A DNA stretch of 64,000 nt from Mobula hypostoma (Eukaryota): NCBI RefSeq assembly GCF_963921235.1, contig NC_086118.1, positions 12,092,001 through 12,156,000 of the forward strand. Direction: 5' to 3'. Made by a program: the position numbers and the translations under genes. The first letter of the stretch is position 1, and each line of letters opens with the position of its first letter. Below, in pieces: positions 1 through 12,590 of this stretch. A model generated the notes under the pieces. It saw only the letters and a list, made by a program, of their open reading frames with translations, searched no databases and was not told the origin of the DNA.

Positions 1-999
1 TTAAAGGGAAATAGAATGACTTGCAGGTTGGTTGGAAGGAGGATTAGCTATACAGATTCCTTTATTTTCATTGTTGGATACTGGGGGAGTTTCAGATCAT
101 GAAAGGATTTTGCGGCTTCTCTCATCCTCTGATGTCTATGCGCAGGTGGTACTGCAGCAGTAATTAATGCCATAATATATAATATAGACCCTTCTCATCT
201 TTAACCAGTCTGAACCACACCGGAGGTGTCTCACATCAGACCCAGTGTAGGTTCTGATTTGCAATGGCCCCAAAGTTTGGAGCGGCAGAGGGTGCTGCTT
301 GGTGGGTCCACAAGTGTGGAGGGGCGGGTGAGTCATGTACAATGCTCTGCTAATTGTTGGTTCTTTGTAATGTCTTCTGCACTTTCACACTGGCCTGCCA
401 ATGTCCGAAGTATTTTGTATTGCATCCAGTCAACCCATGCCAGAAGCTGCTGCACTGAAGACTGCAGCTGAGCCAGCTACAACAGGAATAATATGTGATA
501 TTACTCTCTGGGGTTCCGGCTACCAAGGCAGCTCTTTCCTGCCCACTGACTCAACACATGTAGATCCCACATCCAAGGTGGAGAGAGACAAGGTCCGAGC
601 TGGTGACTGGTTCTCTCTGTGAATGTACTGTCATCTCTCACTGATGATGATGAGAGACATTATCCACCTGAGAACATTAAGAACAGGCTTGAAGAGGGAA
701 GAGGCAGGCTTTGTAGGATGGAGGAAGTGGGTGCAAGAGGAATGGGACATGTGTACCTACCACTGAGTTGATACATTCTGAACTGCTGCTCGCCTTTGTC
801 TCAGTGAAAGAGAGCCCTTAAAGCCAGTACTTGTTTCTTCAGGGTGGTAAACCACTTTATCAAGGCTTCTCATCAGTGATCTGTCACTGTCCGTGCTGAC
901 ACCACTGTCTCTTCTGCAAAGAGGGAAGAATGTAAATGAGACCCTGTCAATGTGTCTGGTTGATGCACCTGCCCTAGTTGAAGAGCACCAACCTTGAAG

Positions 1000-1375
1000 G
1001 GCACAGTAGCACAGTTTTTAGGCAGCAGCACAATGTCACCGTTACTAGGACATGCGACCCACAGCTCCAGAGATCCAGACACAATCCTGACTTTGGATGC
1101 TGTCTGCATGGAGTTTGCACTTTCTCCCCTTGACTGCATAGGTTTCCTCCGGATGCTCCGCTTCCCTCCCACATGCAAAGAGATACAGTTTGAAAGGTTA
1201 ATTGGCTCCTTAATTTACCTCCTCAGTGTGTAAATGAGTGGTAGAACCTGGGGGTGGAGAGGTGGAGTGAGCATGGAAAGAAAATTAAAGGGAATAGATG
1301 TAGAATTAGTGGAAATGGGAGTCTGATGGTCAACACAGTTTCAGTGGGCTGAAGGCTTTTCAGCTTGGTATAACT
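1000..1375 (+). mobile_element. V-SINE-like tRNA-derived SINE, decayed
   Basis: tRNA-like head (ggcacagtagcacag) followed by the V-domain-type segment tgcatggagtttgcactttctcccc...ggtttcctccggatgctccg..ttccctcccaca; related copies recur in the window. Confidence 0.7.
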
Positions 1376-1799
1376 CCAAATGTGGCTTCATCTGGCAGGT
1401 GGAGATAGAATGCATTGGTGTTCTCATTGGCCTTTCTCAACTGCCTGATGTAGTTGAGAAGTTAGGCTGAGATGATCTACCAGTACAGCTTCACCATTGG
1501 CCAGCAGAAATTCCAGGCCACCCTATCAGCTAGGTGATGGAGGACCTTTCCTCTTTAATCCACCTCATCCAACAAATTCTTAATCTTCTGAAGGCAAGAT
1601 CAATGGCACTCAGGTCGTGCAACCAAATGAAATACAAGAGGTCCTGGTAGGACCTCTCTAAATTCAAAAGTTCAAAGTAAATTTATTATCCAAGTACATA
1701 TATGTCACCATCCACAACCCTGAAATTCATTTTCTTGTGGGAATACTCTATATATTACATAATAATAACCATAACAAACCTCTTGCTTCAGTAGTCTGA

Positions 1800-3030
1800 G
1801 GTACCCACCCGTTTCAACCAGGCTACAATTATGTCAGTGCCTAAGAAGAACGTGGTAACCTACCTCAATGATTATTGTCCAGGTGCACTTACATCCACTA
1901 TGATGAAGTTTTTGAGAGGTTGTTGATGAAACATAGCAATTCCTGCCTGAGAAGTGACTTGCATCTGATTAAATTTGTTTACCAGGAAAAACGGTCCACA
2001 GCAGATGCCATTTGATTGGCTCTTCAGTGAAGATGCATACATCAGGATGCTCTTTGTTGACTATAGTTTGTTGACTGTAGCTACAGTTCAGAATCCAATA
2101 CTATCATCCCCTCAAAACTAATCAATAAACTGCAAGACCTAGGCCTCAATATCTTCTCGTGCAACTAGATCTATGATATCCTCATTTGCAGACCCCAGTC
2201 AGTTTGGATTGGCAACAACATCTCCTCCACAATCACCATCAACGTAGGTGAACCACAGTGCTATGTGCCTAGCTCCCTGCTCTACTTGCTTTATAATTAT
2301 GACTGTGAGGCTAAGCACAACTCCAATGCCATTTTGAAGTTTGCTGATGACGCCCCTGTCGTTGGGCAAACCAAAGGTATATACCAAAACAGTATATAGG
2401 AGGGTGATTGAATATCTGGCTGAGTGGTGCCACAACATTAACTTCTCAGTCAACGTCAGCAAGTCCTCATCGGGGGATTTGAGGTGAAGAAGATTGGCAA
2501 CTTTACATTCCTCAGTGTTATAATTTCAGAGGGTTGGTCCTGGGTTCAGAATGTAAGTGCCAGAAAGCATCTAGTGCTTTCCTGGTGTATATGATGAGTA
2601 AACTCTTCTCAGACTTTCAGCCAGGTAAGTGCCATTACAAAGAAAGCACTTCAGCACCTCTGCTTTTTTAGAAGTTTGCAAGACTCAGCATGTCATCTAA
2701 AACTTTGACAAACTTTTATAGATGTGCGGTAGAGCTACAATGATTGGTTGGATTACAGTTTGTCATGGAAACCCCAAAGCCCTTGAACAGAAAGTAGTAG
2801 ATACAGCCCAGTCCATCATAGGTAAAGCCCTTCCCACCGCTGAGCACATCTACATGGAGTACTGTTGCAGGAAAGCCGCACCCATCATCGACGACCCTAA
2901 ACATCTAGGCAATGTGCTGTTCTCAATGCTGCCACATGGAAGGAGATACAGGATCCTCAGGGCCTACACCACCAGATTCAGGAACAGTTATTACCCCTCA
3001 ACCATCAGCCTCTTGAACCAGAAGGAGAAC
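1800..3030 (+). mobile_element. Rex1/Babar-clade LINE reverse transcriptase fragment (frameshifts and stops)
   Basis: Decayed ATIxxVPKK, LNDYxPxALTS and KFADD (aagtttgctgatgac ~2337) motifs; ORF 2722-3084 QKVVDTAQSIIG..LP...GRRYR..TTRFRNSYYP matches the Rex/Babar C-terminus. Confidence 0.8.
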
Positions 3031-3034
3031 ATCA

Positions 3035-3402
3035 CATCATCTTATGTGCCTTGCCATATGATGTGGCCAATCATGGTCTTTTGACCACGATTGTGCTTGG
3101 CAAGCTTTTTCTACGGAAATGTTTTGTCATTGCCTTCTTTTGGGCAGTGTCTTTACAAGATGGGTGACCCTAGTCATTATCAGTACTCTTCAGAGATTGT
3201 CTGCCTGGCATCAGTGGTCACATAACCAGGACTTGTGATGTGCACGAGATGCTCTTACAACAATGGCTTCACATGACCCTGATGGCAGGGGTGGTGGGGG
3301 CTAAGCAGGTGCTGCACCTTGCTCAAGGGTGACCTACAGGCTAGCGGAAGAAATGAGCGCCTTCACCTCCTTAGGTAGAGATGTATCTCCACCCTGCTAC
3401 CC
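3035..3402 (-). mobile_element. RTE-partnered SINE-like repeat, copy 1
   Basis: Colinear with 18870-19225 (gagattgtctgcctgg..tcagtggtcacataa..caggacttg; aagggtgacct; ggtagaga); the tcattgccttc segment resembles Bov-B/Sauria-type 3' ends. Confidence 0.55.
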
Positions 3403-3439
3403 TTCACTCAACCCATCATAGAAACTTGGTCAGGTTGGT

Positions 3440-3835
3440 AAGGTGACATAAAAGCATTGGTTAGTGGAGCCTCAGACTCCAAGGATTTGGGTTCAGTCCT
3501 GACCTCTGGTGCTATCTATGTGAAGTTTATACATCCACTCTGTGACTGTGTGTGTTTCGTCCCAGTGCTCTTGCCTCACCTCAAAAGGATGTGGCTTAGG
3601 GGATCAATGCCACTGCAAAATAACAAATTTCACGATGTATGTCAGTGATATTACACCTGACTCCTAACTGACCACTGTAAATTGTCCCCAGTGAACAAGT
3701 GAGTGGTAGAACCTTGGGGGCGGGGGTGACCAAAATGGGTTACGATGCAACCAGAGCGAAAATGGGTGTTTGATGATTGGTTTTGATTTGATTGGCTGAA
3801 AGTCTTGATTCCACACTGTGAGTCGTTATGACACC
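3440..3835 (+). mobile_element. V-SINE-like element, decayed
   Basis: gggttcagtcctgacctctggtgctatctatgtgaagtttatac and tgtaaattgtcccc segments shared with the other SINE copies. Confidence 0.55.
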
Positions 3836-3899
3836 ATGAGCATGATAAAGGAGAAAGGGAAAGGGAGCAGAAAGATTCGTAGAGGGAATGCCATAAATC

Positions 3900-4345
3900 C
3901 GTAAGAAATAGGAATGGAATCAGGCCATTCGGCTCACCCTTAACCCCAATACAATCAAGAACCTATCAATGTCTACCTTTAATGCACCCATTGGCTCTGC
4001 CTCCACAGCCCTTTGTGGAAATAAATTTCACAGATTCTCCATTCTCTGGCTGAAAATATTCCTTCATATACCCATTTTAAAGGGACATCCCTTTATTCTG
4101 AGATAGTGCCCTTGAAATCTATACTCTGCTATGAATTGAAATGCCCTCTCCATGTCCACTCTATGCAAGCCTTTCAGTATCCGGGAGGTTTCAATGTGAT
4201 TCTCCCCTCATTCTTCTGAATTCTATCGAGTATTGGCTCAGAGACATTAAAACATCCTCATAAGTTAAGCCTTTCATTCCTGGGATCATTCTTGTGAACC
4301 TCCTCTGGATCTTCTCCAGGGCCATCACAAATTTTTTTAGATACA
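3900..4345 (-). mobile_element. CR1-type LINE 3' fragment
   Basis: Reverse complement is colinear with the CR1 3' ends at 29262-29825 and 31795-32225 (caggccattcggc stem; ttcattcctgggatcattcttgtgaacctcctctgga). Confidence 0.7.
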
Positions 4346-5739
4346 GGGGCCCTTAGATACATAAACAATTGCTAATAGCAGTGGAGTGATAAATCTTTGG
4401 GACATAGAGGGAGCATAAATTGGAGAAACACAAATATCTGATGTGTTTACAGGCCTAAACAGAATCCGAGTGCCACCTCTTTAAGAGGTATGGGTAATCC
4501 TTCAATCACCTCTAACCTGCTGCAATTGTTGATTGACACTAACAAAATCAGGTCCTGTGGCTATGCTTTAAGATAATAAGGACATAATTATCTGTGCAGG
4601 ATGCCAGTGCTGTTGAATGAAGTACAAGCTTTTCCCATACCAGGTCAAATGAATGTAGGCTAATTGTACAACAGAGTCAAGTGCACCATTTCCCCCTATA
4701 GTCTTTAGAATATGTTCATTCTTGTATTTGTCATTTGATAATTCTTCAGTTTCCTTGTGTTGCCTCCTCTCAGTCTCCTACTCGCACCCTTATCTCCCAC
4801 ATTTTCTCACACTTGGCTCTCGTCGGGATTGGCGATTCCAAGTTCCCTGCTGTGTAATGGGCTCGAGCAATAACAGGCTCCACAGGGGCACTATATTCAT
4901 TTTAATGTGTAGGTGTTTAATGAAAAATTGCATGTCCTGTGATAATTGCATCATAATTCACCCTGTAGTGACTGTTATTACTAAATTATATTTTGTAAAA
5001 GATTAGAGAATGGAAAGCACACTTCAGAGGACAAAAGAGTCACAGTATCCTTCCTGTGTCAAAGTGGCTGTATTACTGAATTAAGATTCCAAGTGGAAAA
5101 GGAAACAAAAATTTGACACATTCTGCTGTGCTGAAATAAAAATGAAAGACAGACATTGATATCTATGCAGTTCTATAAACTTTTGAGATACCTACCTCCT
5201 TCCATTTAGGCTTCTTGCCCCGATCCTATCACTTGTGGCTATCCCTTGGGTTAACTGAGGATTAATGGATTGTCCACCTTTCCTTGAAACTCTTTGTTTC
5301 CTCATTGCCCCTCTCTGAAAATACCAATGTAGCCTGTCTGTAACTGCAGAGTGGGAAATGGAGCTACATCTCTTTATAGATCTTCAAAATGTTACAGATG
5401 CAGCATGTCTTAAGATAATGTGAAAGAGAGTCTAAGCTTGGGAGGGAAAATTTAGACAGAGTCAGTGCTGATAAAGTGTTGCAGATATTAAGTGACAAGA
5501 TAGATGATGCTAGGTAAAAATTGAATTTAAGCAGGGCAAATAAAGAAATAGAAGGTTGCTCAAGTAGAGGTATAAATGGAACAACAGCATCATTTTAAGC
5601 ATCTGAGAAAGTAAAAGCTGCAGATAAGAAATAATGGAGGTTTCCCTTCTTCATCCTCCACGTAAGCAGCTAGTGATTCACTTGTTGCCTTTCCTAGCTC
5701 CTCCAGGCCCATTAATGCTTCATTATTGGATATAGTTGT

Positions 5740-6030
5740 ACAGTTGCGTATTGGTTAGCAAAGTGCTATTACGGCTTGGGGGTGATGAAGTTCAATTCCA
5801 CTGCCATCTGGAAGGTGTTTATACATTCTCCCCATGACTGGGTGGGTTTCCGCCACGTGTTCTTGTTTCTTCACACAGTCCAAAGACGTACTGATTAGTA
5901 GATTAATTGGCCGATGTAAATTGTCCTGTGATTAGGCCTGGGTTAAATAGGTGGATTGCTGGTTTATGTGGCTCATTCGGATGGAAAGGCCTGTTCCATG
6001 CTGTATTTCTAAATTTAAAAAAAAAATAAG
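5740..6030 (+). mobile_element. V-SINE-like element
   Basis: gttcaattcc B-box-like motif, ttctccccatgactgggtgggtttcc, cacagtccaaagacgtac and an A-rich tail; similar to 26130 and 30290. Confidence 0.7.
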
Positions 6031-6094
6031 TTTCTGTTGTTGAGTTTTAAGGTAGACAAATCAGGCAAGTACTAAGGTATGGATGCAGAAGAGA

Positions 6095-6330
6095 ATACAG
6101 ACGTTGGTATCTGGAGCAATACACAAAATGGTGGAGGAGTTCAGCAGGTCAGGTAGTATCTAAGGCGGGAAATGGACAGTCAACATTTTGGATCAGGACA
6201 CTTCATTTGGATTCTCCATATAAACTGATCCCATCCAGCTGAAGTCTCCCGGCCTGAAATATTGACTGTCCATTCCCTGCCAAAGATGCCGCCTAACCCG
6301 CTGCGTTCCTCCAGTGTTTTGTGTGATGTA
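6095..6330. mobile_element. PLE terminal-repeat fragments in inverted arrangement, degenerate
   Basis: acacaaaatggtggaggagttcagcaggtcagg mirrored by gatgccgcctaacccgctgcgttcctccagtgttttgtgtg. Confidence 0.55.
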
Positions 6331-6939
6331 TCAAGGTGTCTCCAGCCAAGGTGATGGATTAGCTAATCACACTTCAGAAGAGAAGTCATGAAATCAGGCA
6401 ATGTTGCTGCACTCACTGAGCCTAGGAATGGAGTGTATCAAGGACAGGACGGTGTCATTCTCACCATCCTATTGTTCAGGGCTGTATTTCATTCAGCCTC
6501 TCAAGCTATCAGATAGAGAATAGCTTACTGATGAGATGCTGGAGGGTGACAGGTTCCTGTGGAGTGATATCTCAGCATGAATCAGTGCAGCGGGGGTGGG
6601 AAGATGCATTTGGAAGAAGAATAAAGTTGCACGTAATCAAGCTGTAGCTGTCTCCTTGAGCTTTCCCTTTTATACATCTCTAGGTGGAAATAGCCATTTA
6701 GATCTTGATTTTGTTGGAGATTGCATGGTTTGACCTCAGCTCTCTTCCATTTATAAAAGAATAAATTTATCTTTCTCTCTGGAATCCATTGAAATATAAT
6801 GGGCCACTTTATTGACCTACTTCAGAGAAGCCTGCTCATGCACATTCTTTACTGCACTTTTATTTACTCTGGCTTGCCAATTTATGAAGATCAGTCAGTG
6901 TGTTATATTATGTTGGGCAGTTAAATGTTTGCATAAGCA

Positions 6940-7480
6940 TATCAAATATAAGCAGAAGCGGACCATTCAGTCCTTTGACCATGACTATATAATCTCTGTC
7001 TTGAGTATATTCAATTACTGATCCTCCACAAAGCTTTGAGATAGTGAATTCCAAAGATTTACCTTCTCTGCTGGAAGATGTTCCCTTGTAATCTCTGTTC
7101 AAAGTAACAAGTCCCTTACTTTGGTACTCTGATCCCTATGTTCTGGACGGTCCAGTTAGGGAAAACACCAATCTAATATATAGCTGTTCAGCCCCTGAAG
7201 AATTATGCATGTGTCCTATTCTTCTAAACTCGAGAGAGTGCACCGTCATAAATGGTTCTCATACGGTAAAACCATCACCCAGGAATCATTCTGGTGAGTA
7301 TTTGGTAGGGAGCCCAGACATGAAGAATATATTCCAGGTGCTGTCCCTCTGCTGTTTTATTTCATTGGAGCATGATATTTCTACTGTTGTATTCCAATTT
7401 TCTTGTAATAAAGGACAGCATCATGTTTACTTTCCTAATTGGTTGGCTAACCAGTACATTAACTTTCACTGATTCCCTAG
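6940..7480 (-). mobile_element. Old CR1-type LINE fragment
   Basis: gaccattcagtcc, cctccacaaagctttgagatagtgaattccaaagatt and ccaggaatcattctggtga resemble reverse-complemented CR1 3' sequence. Confidence 0.5.
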
Positions 7481-7714
7481 ACAAGGTCACATAAATTTGC
7501 TCGAGCACAGCATCTTCCAATCTCTCATGGTATTAAAAAGTAGTTTGTCTTTTCTTTTTTTCCCTACGTACTTTTGTTAAATAGATTTACTGATTTTTCT
7601 TTCCCCTTTCTGGCACTGTCTTAGGTAGCTCAATGCTCTCTTCTCTAAGCCAGAGTGTTGTAGATTGAAATCATTCCAGTTCACTTACATATAATCCAAA
7701 TTGAAACTCTGTTG

Positions 7715-8670
7715 TATTACTCTGTCACTTTACACCTATGACTGTGTGGCTAAGTACAACTCAAACACCATATACAAGTTTGCTGATGACACCACTGTTT
7801 TGGGCTGTGTTAAAGGTGGTGATGAATCAACATACAGGATGGAGATTGAAAATTTGACTGAGTGGTATAATAATGACATCTCTCACACAATGTCAACAAG
7901 ACCAAGGAACTGATTGTAGACTTCAGAAGAGGGAAACCAGAGGTCCGTGAGCTAGTAATCATTGGAGATAGAGAGTGTTAGTAACTTTAAATCCCTGGGT
8001 GTCATTATCTCAGAGGACCTGTCCTGGATGCATCATATAAACATAATTGTGAAGAAAGCATGAAAACACCTTTACTTCCTCAGAAGCCTGCCGAGATTTG
8101 GCATACCTTCAGAAACCTTGTCAAACTTCTATAGATGTGTGGTGGAAAGTGTGTTAACTGGCTGCAGTATGGCCTGGTATGGGAACACCAATGCCTCTGA
8201 GCAGGAAATCCTACAGAAGTTAGTGGATTTGGCCCAGTACGTCATGGGTAAAATGCTCCAAATGTTGAGCACATCTACATGAAGCATTGACATAGAAAAG
8301 CAGCATCCATCATCAAAAATCCTCACCATCCAGGCCATGCTCTTTTCTCACTGCTGACATCAGACAGAAGGTACCAGAGTCAGGATTTGCACCACCAAGT
8401 TCAAGAACAGTTACTACTCCTCAGCCATCAGGCTCTTGAACAAAAAGGAGTAACTACACTCATTTGAGGACTCTTTTATCTTGTTATTTCATGTTTGTTA
8501 TTTATTGCCATTTATTTATAATCTGCATTTGCACAGTTGCTTTACACTTTACAGATCCTGATTACAGTTACTGTGTTACAGATTTGCTAAATATGCCTGC
8601 AGAAAAAGAATCTTGGGGTTGTATGTGGGGACATGTACGTACTCTGATGGTAATTTTACTTTAACTTTGA
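7715..8670 (+). mobile_element. Rex1/Babar LINE 3' fragment with 3' UTR
   Basis: ORF 7701 LYTYDCVAKYNSNTIYKFADDTTVLG; downstream sequence colinear with 2700-3020; tail ttactttaactttgacttt. Confidence 0.8.
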
Positions 8671-8799
8671 CTTTACCAAGGGAGTGCGGCATTGTTGGAA
8701 AGTCTTCTTTCAGTGGTGGCTCCAGGCTGAGGACGCATCTTCTTGGTTTGATGCTTGTTAATCATCCAATGACATTACCTAAAGAAGAGTAACAGAACG

Positions 8800-9442
8800 C
8801 TCATGAAGCAAGTCATCTAAAACTTTGACAAATTTCTTTTGAGTGCACAGTGGAGAGCATCCTGACTGGTTGCATCATGGCCTGGGATGGAAACCCCAAT
8901 GCCCAGGAATGGAACCCCTACAAAAAGTGGTGGATACAGCCCAGTCCATCACAGGCAAAGCTCTCCCCACTATTGAGCAGATCTACAAGGAGTGCTGCCA
9001 CAAGAAAGCAGGATCCATCATGAGGGAACACCCACCATCCAGGCCATGTTCTCTTCTCATTGCTGCCATCAGGAAAAAGGTACAGAAGCCTTAGATTCTA
9101 CCCCGCCAGGTTCAGGAACAGTTATTAAACTCTTGTACTATCAGGTTTCTGAACCAGCATGGATAGCTTTACTCACCACAAAACTGAACTGATTCCACAA
9201 CCCGTAGACTCACTTTCAAGAACTCTACAACTCATGTTCTCTGGATTGATTGATTGATTTATTTATTTTTGGCATTTGTACAATTTGTTTTCTTTTTGTT
9301 GTCAGTCTTTGTGTAGTTTTTCATTTATTCTATCATATCTCTTTGTTCTGCTGCGAATGCCTGCGACACTATGAGTGTCGGGGTAGTACATGGTGATGTG
9401 TACGTGCTTTGATAATAAATTTTTGTTGAAATTTGAACTTTA
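8800..9442 (+). mobile_element. Rex1/Babar LINE 3' fragment with 3' UTR
   Basis: ORF 8843 LQKVVDTAQSITGKALPTIEQIY; tail gataataaattttt..ttgaacttt. Confidence 0.75.
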
Positions 9443-10094
9443 ATTTTCTAGCCAATATTTGTACTTCAACCAACATCAAAGCAGATGATCATAGTCACAT
9501 TTGTTAAAGTGGAAATTGGCTGCTGGAATTGGTGATGGAAGCACTGTTCAGGTCAGTTATACTGTGTCATTAAAGGTCCATCTAGGAACAGTTCTGGAGC
9601 CTTGAACAATCAGCCCAGTAGCTTCATTACAAAGGACTGGATGAAGACACATACAACTCCTACTATGACCAGCCCTGTTCACTGAAGCTTGTGCATCCTT
9701 AGGTATTAGGCAATGGCCGACAAACTTATCATTAGTATATATGTCGAGGAGCTACAATTCAGTGGGATTTCCTGTCTGTGCTTCCCCAAAAGAAATTCAT
9801 GATATTGTAAGTTTCCAGGTCTGTAGTCAGTAGAGTTCCATGTTGACTTGACTCAGCTGGTAACAGATTCTGTTAATAGATTTTTGACTGGAAGTCATGT
9901 ATGTTTTATCATGTAGTTATGTACCTAATGCACAGAGTGTGGTGTGGGACCAACTGCCTAATGAGATCCAAATCTAGCCTTGTCAATTGTTCCATGTTAA
10001 CTGATGAATATCCCATCAGAAAGTTGGGATGAAAACTAGGTCTGATAAATGCAGAATGGCATGTCTATGAGAGGAAAACTGGAAGCAATGTGAC

Positions 10095-10590
10095 ACATAC
10101 AAAATTCTGGTGGAGCTCAGCTTCACAAACATGAGAAAATCTGAAGATGCAGTTTACTCTTTCCATTGATGCTGCCTAGCCTGCTGAGTTCCTCCAGCAT
10201 TTTGTGGAGCTCAGCATGTTAGGCAGCACCTATGGAAAGGAATAAAAATTGATGTTTTGGGCTGAGACCCTTCATCGTGATTGGAAAGGAAAGCTGGAAT
10301 AAGAAGGTGGTGGAGTGGAAGATTAGAAAGTGATAGGTGAAGCCTGGTGAGTGGGGCAGGTGGAATGAAGTGAGAAGGTGGAAGGTGACAGGTGGAAAAG
10401 GTAAAGGGCTGAAGAAGAAGGAATTTGATAGGAGAGCAGAGTGGACCAAGGGGAAAAGGGAAGAAGGAAGAGCATCAGGAGGCAATGATGGGCAGGTGAG
10501 GAGAGCAGAAGAGGTAAGAGGGGAGCCAGAATGGGGAATAGAAGAAGGAGGAAGATGGGGCTGGCGGTGGGGGGGGGGGTATTTTCCAGC
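10095..10590 (-). mobile_element. PLE terminal repeat (purine-rich on +), degenerate
   Basis: aggcagcacctatggaaaggaata..ttttgggctgagacccttcatc followed by a purine-rich tract that is the reverse complement of 18130-18480. Confidence 0.65.
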
Positions 10591-10708
10591 ACCTTCAGAA
10601 TATCTTGTGTTTAAGACTGGAAGCAAGTTAGTTGATTATGACTGATGTAGTTATGTGTACCTGAACCCAACCATCAACAATACAGGCAGCATCTCTAGGA
10701 AGAGGTAC

Positions 10709-10744
10709 AGTCGACGTTTCGGGCCGAGACCCTTCGTCAGGGCT
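10709..10744 (-). ncRNA. Minimal type I hammerhead ribozyme motif (PLE-associated)
   Basis: Minus strand AGCC-CUGACGA-A-GGGUcucgGCCC-GAAAC-GUC-GACU; intact catalytic core, one mismatch in stem I. Confidence 0.7.
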
Positions 10745-11267
10745 AACTGAAAGAAGAGCTAGTAAGAGATTTGAAAGTGGGAGGGGGAGGGAGAGATCCG
10801 AAATTATAGGAGAAGACAGGAGGGGGAGGGATGGATCCAATAGCTGGACAGGTGATTGGCAAAAGGGATATGAAAGGATCATGGGACAGGAGGCCCAGGG
10901 AGAAAGAAAAGGGGGGGGGGAAATCCAGAGGATTGACAATGAACATTGACTTCTCAAACTTCTGCTAATGCCCCACCTCCCCCTCGTACCCCATCCGTTA
11001 TTTATTTATATACACACATTTTTTCTCTCTCTCTCCTTTTTCTCCCTCTGTCCCTATCACTATACCCCTTGCCCATCCTCTGGATTTTCTCCCCCTCCCC
11101 CTTTTCTTTCTCCCTTGGCCTCATGTCCCATGATCCTCTCATATCGCTTTTGCCAATCAACTGTCCAGCTCTTGGCTCCATTCCTCCCCCTCCTGTCTTC
11201 TCCTATCATTTTGGATCTCCCCCTCCCCCTCCCACTTTCAAATCTCTTACTAGCTCTTCTTTCAGTT

Positions 11268-11303
11268 AGTCCTGACGAAGGGTCTCGGCCCGAAACGTCG
11301 ACT
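11268..11303 (+). ncRNA. Minimal type I hammerhead ribozyme motif (PLE-associated)
   Basis: AGUC-CUGACGA-A-GGGUcucgGCCC-GAAAC-GUC^GACU: stem I AGUC/GACU, CUGANGA and GAAA core, GUC cleavage triplet, palindromic ACGU stem III. Confidence 0.8.
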
Positions 11304-11583
11304 GTACCTCTTCCTAGAGATGCTGCCTGGCCTGCTGCGTTCGCTAGCAACTTTGATGAGTGTTGCTTGAATTTCCAGTATCTGCAGAATTCCTCGTGTT
11401 TGCATCAACAATACTGTAGGATTCAAAGGTGGTACACTAGTGAGGCCTACAGAGAGCGGGATTCCTCTCACTTGGCTTTATAACCTAATGCCCAGGGATG
11501 TTCTCTCAACTGCATTCAAGACAGATTACTCAAGTCAGAGGAATGGAAAGATACAATACAGAAACTGCGGCATCGTGCTGTAG

Positions 11584-12001
11584 TGTTGTGAACAAAGTCA
11601 TTAGAGAGACAATGAAGCTAGGGGATAAAGAAGTGTTTTATTCAACAAAAATGAACAATAGGCACCATATTGAGCTATGCTTGGAGGAAGAGGCCTCCCG
11701 ATCCAATATTACATGACATTTTATCTATACTAAAGATCAAAGGTAACAGCAGGACAATTCTGTAGTTAAAATGTATCTACAATGCTTCCTTTGCCTGACA
11801 TACAGTTTTCACACACCTCCTTCTTCGCACCCACACTCCAGACATCCGAAATATATGTTAATCAGCATTGTCTGGTTTGCAATCATCTCCAGCCCACAGC
11901 TCCAAGAAAACTATTGTTCAGGCTGCATTTAAATTCAATCTACAATCCAAGTTCATGTCTGAAGATTTGTTGCCAGTGAAATTAATATTTACTCCATAAC
12001 C
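11584..12001 (-). mobile_element. Possible solo LTR
   Basis: Begins tgttgtg and ends cataac (imperfect TG..CA terminal inverted repeat); ttttattc near the left end gives AATAAA on the minus strand. Confidence 0.35.
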
Positions 12002-12409
12002 CAACTCCAAAATGGAGTGTCAACCATCCATTTAAAATAATCCTACACCAACCTATTTTATTCTCCCACATTTGCATCAACTCCCTCCAGATTCTACCAC
12101 TCACCCATAGACAATATTGGATATGGATTTGAGAAAGGTCTTGGACTAAGGATTTCTTTCAGTCTTATAGTTTGTTATACTCTGTGTTTCTCGCCTGAGC
12201 TTTTCCTTTTTTTGCATGCAGGGAGGGGTTTTGGGGGGGTGGGTGTGCGTCATTGTGCCTGTTCCATTTTTGTTTGATTTTTTTGTGCAGGGAGGGGGAA
12301 TTTGGGGGTTGATAATTGTGTTGCTGTTCTTTTCTTTCTTGGTCTTGTGGCTATCAGGGAAGAAGTTCAGAGTTGTATATTTTGATAATAAGTGAATCTT
12401 TGAGCCTTT

Positions 12410-12590
12410 GATTTACCTTGGCCAATTAGTCTACTGATCTGTATATCCTTAGAATGTGGTCGGAAGCTGGAGTACCTGGAGGAAACCAGGGACAATCCAC
12501 AAACTCCATAGAGATATCATTGGACATCAGGATTGAACCCAGGTTACTCTAGCTGCGAGGTAGCAGCTCTACCAGCTGCTCCATTGTGCA
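12410..12590 (-). mobile_element. V-SINE-like element, reverse orientation
   Basis: ggaagctggagtacctggaggaaacc..caaactccata..caggattgaacccagg is the reverse complement of the V domain and B box. Confidence 0.65.

Larger units (their letters stand above)
10684..11402 (+). mobile_element. Young 5'-truncated PLE with inverted partial terminal repeat and 12-bp target-site duplication (TSD)
   Basis: 10684-10934 is the near-identical reverse complement of ~11075-11329; atgaacattgacttctcaaacttctgctaa (MNIDFSNFC*) marks the ORF end; direct repeat catcaacaatac at 10672-10683 and 11403-11414. Confidence 0.8.

Noticed and set aside
11435..11480. Possible further ribozyme (ctagtgaggcctacagagagcgggattcctctcact)
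   Set aside because: Lacks the CUGANGA and GAAA core; only a short hairpin is supportable
10219..11483. Pro/Leu/Ser-rich ORFs of 100-170 aa
   Set aside because: They are translations of the low-complexity pyrimidine/purine tract of PLE terminal repeats
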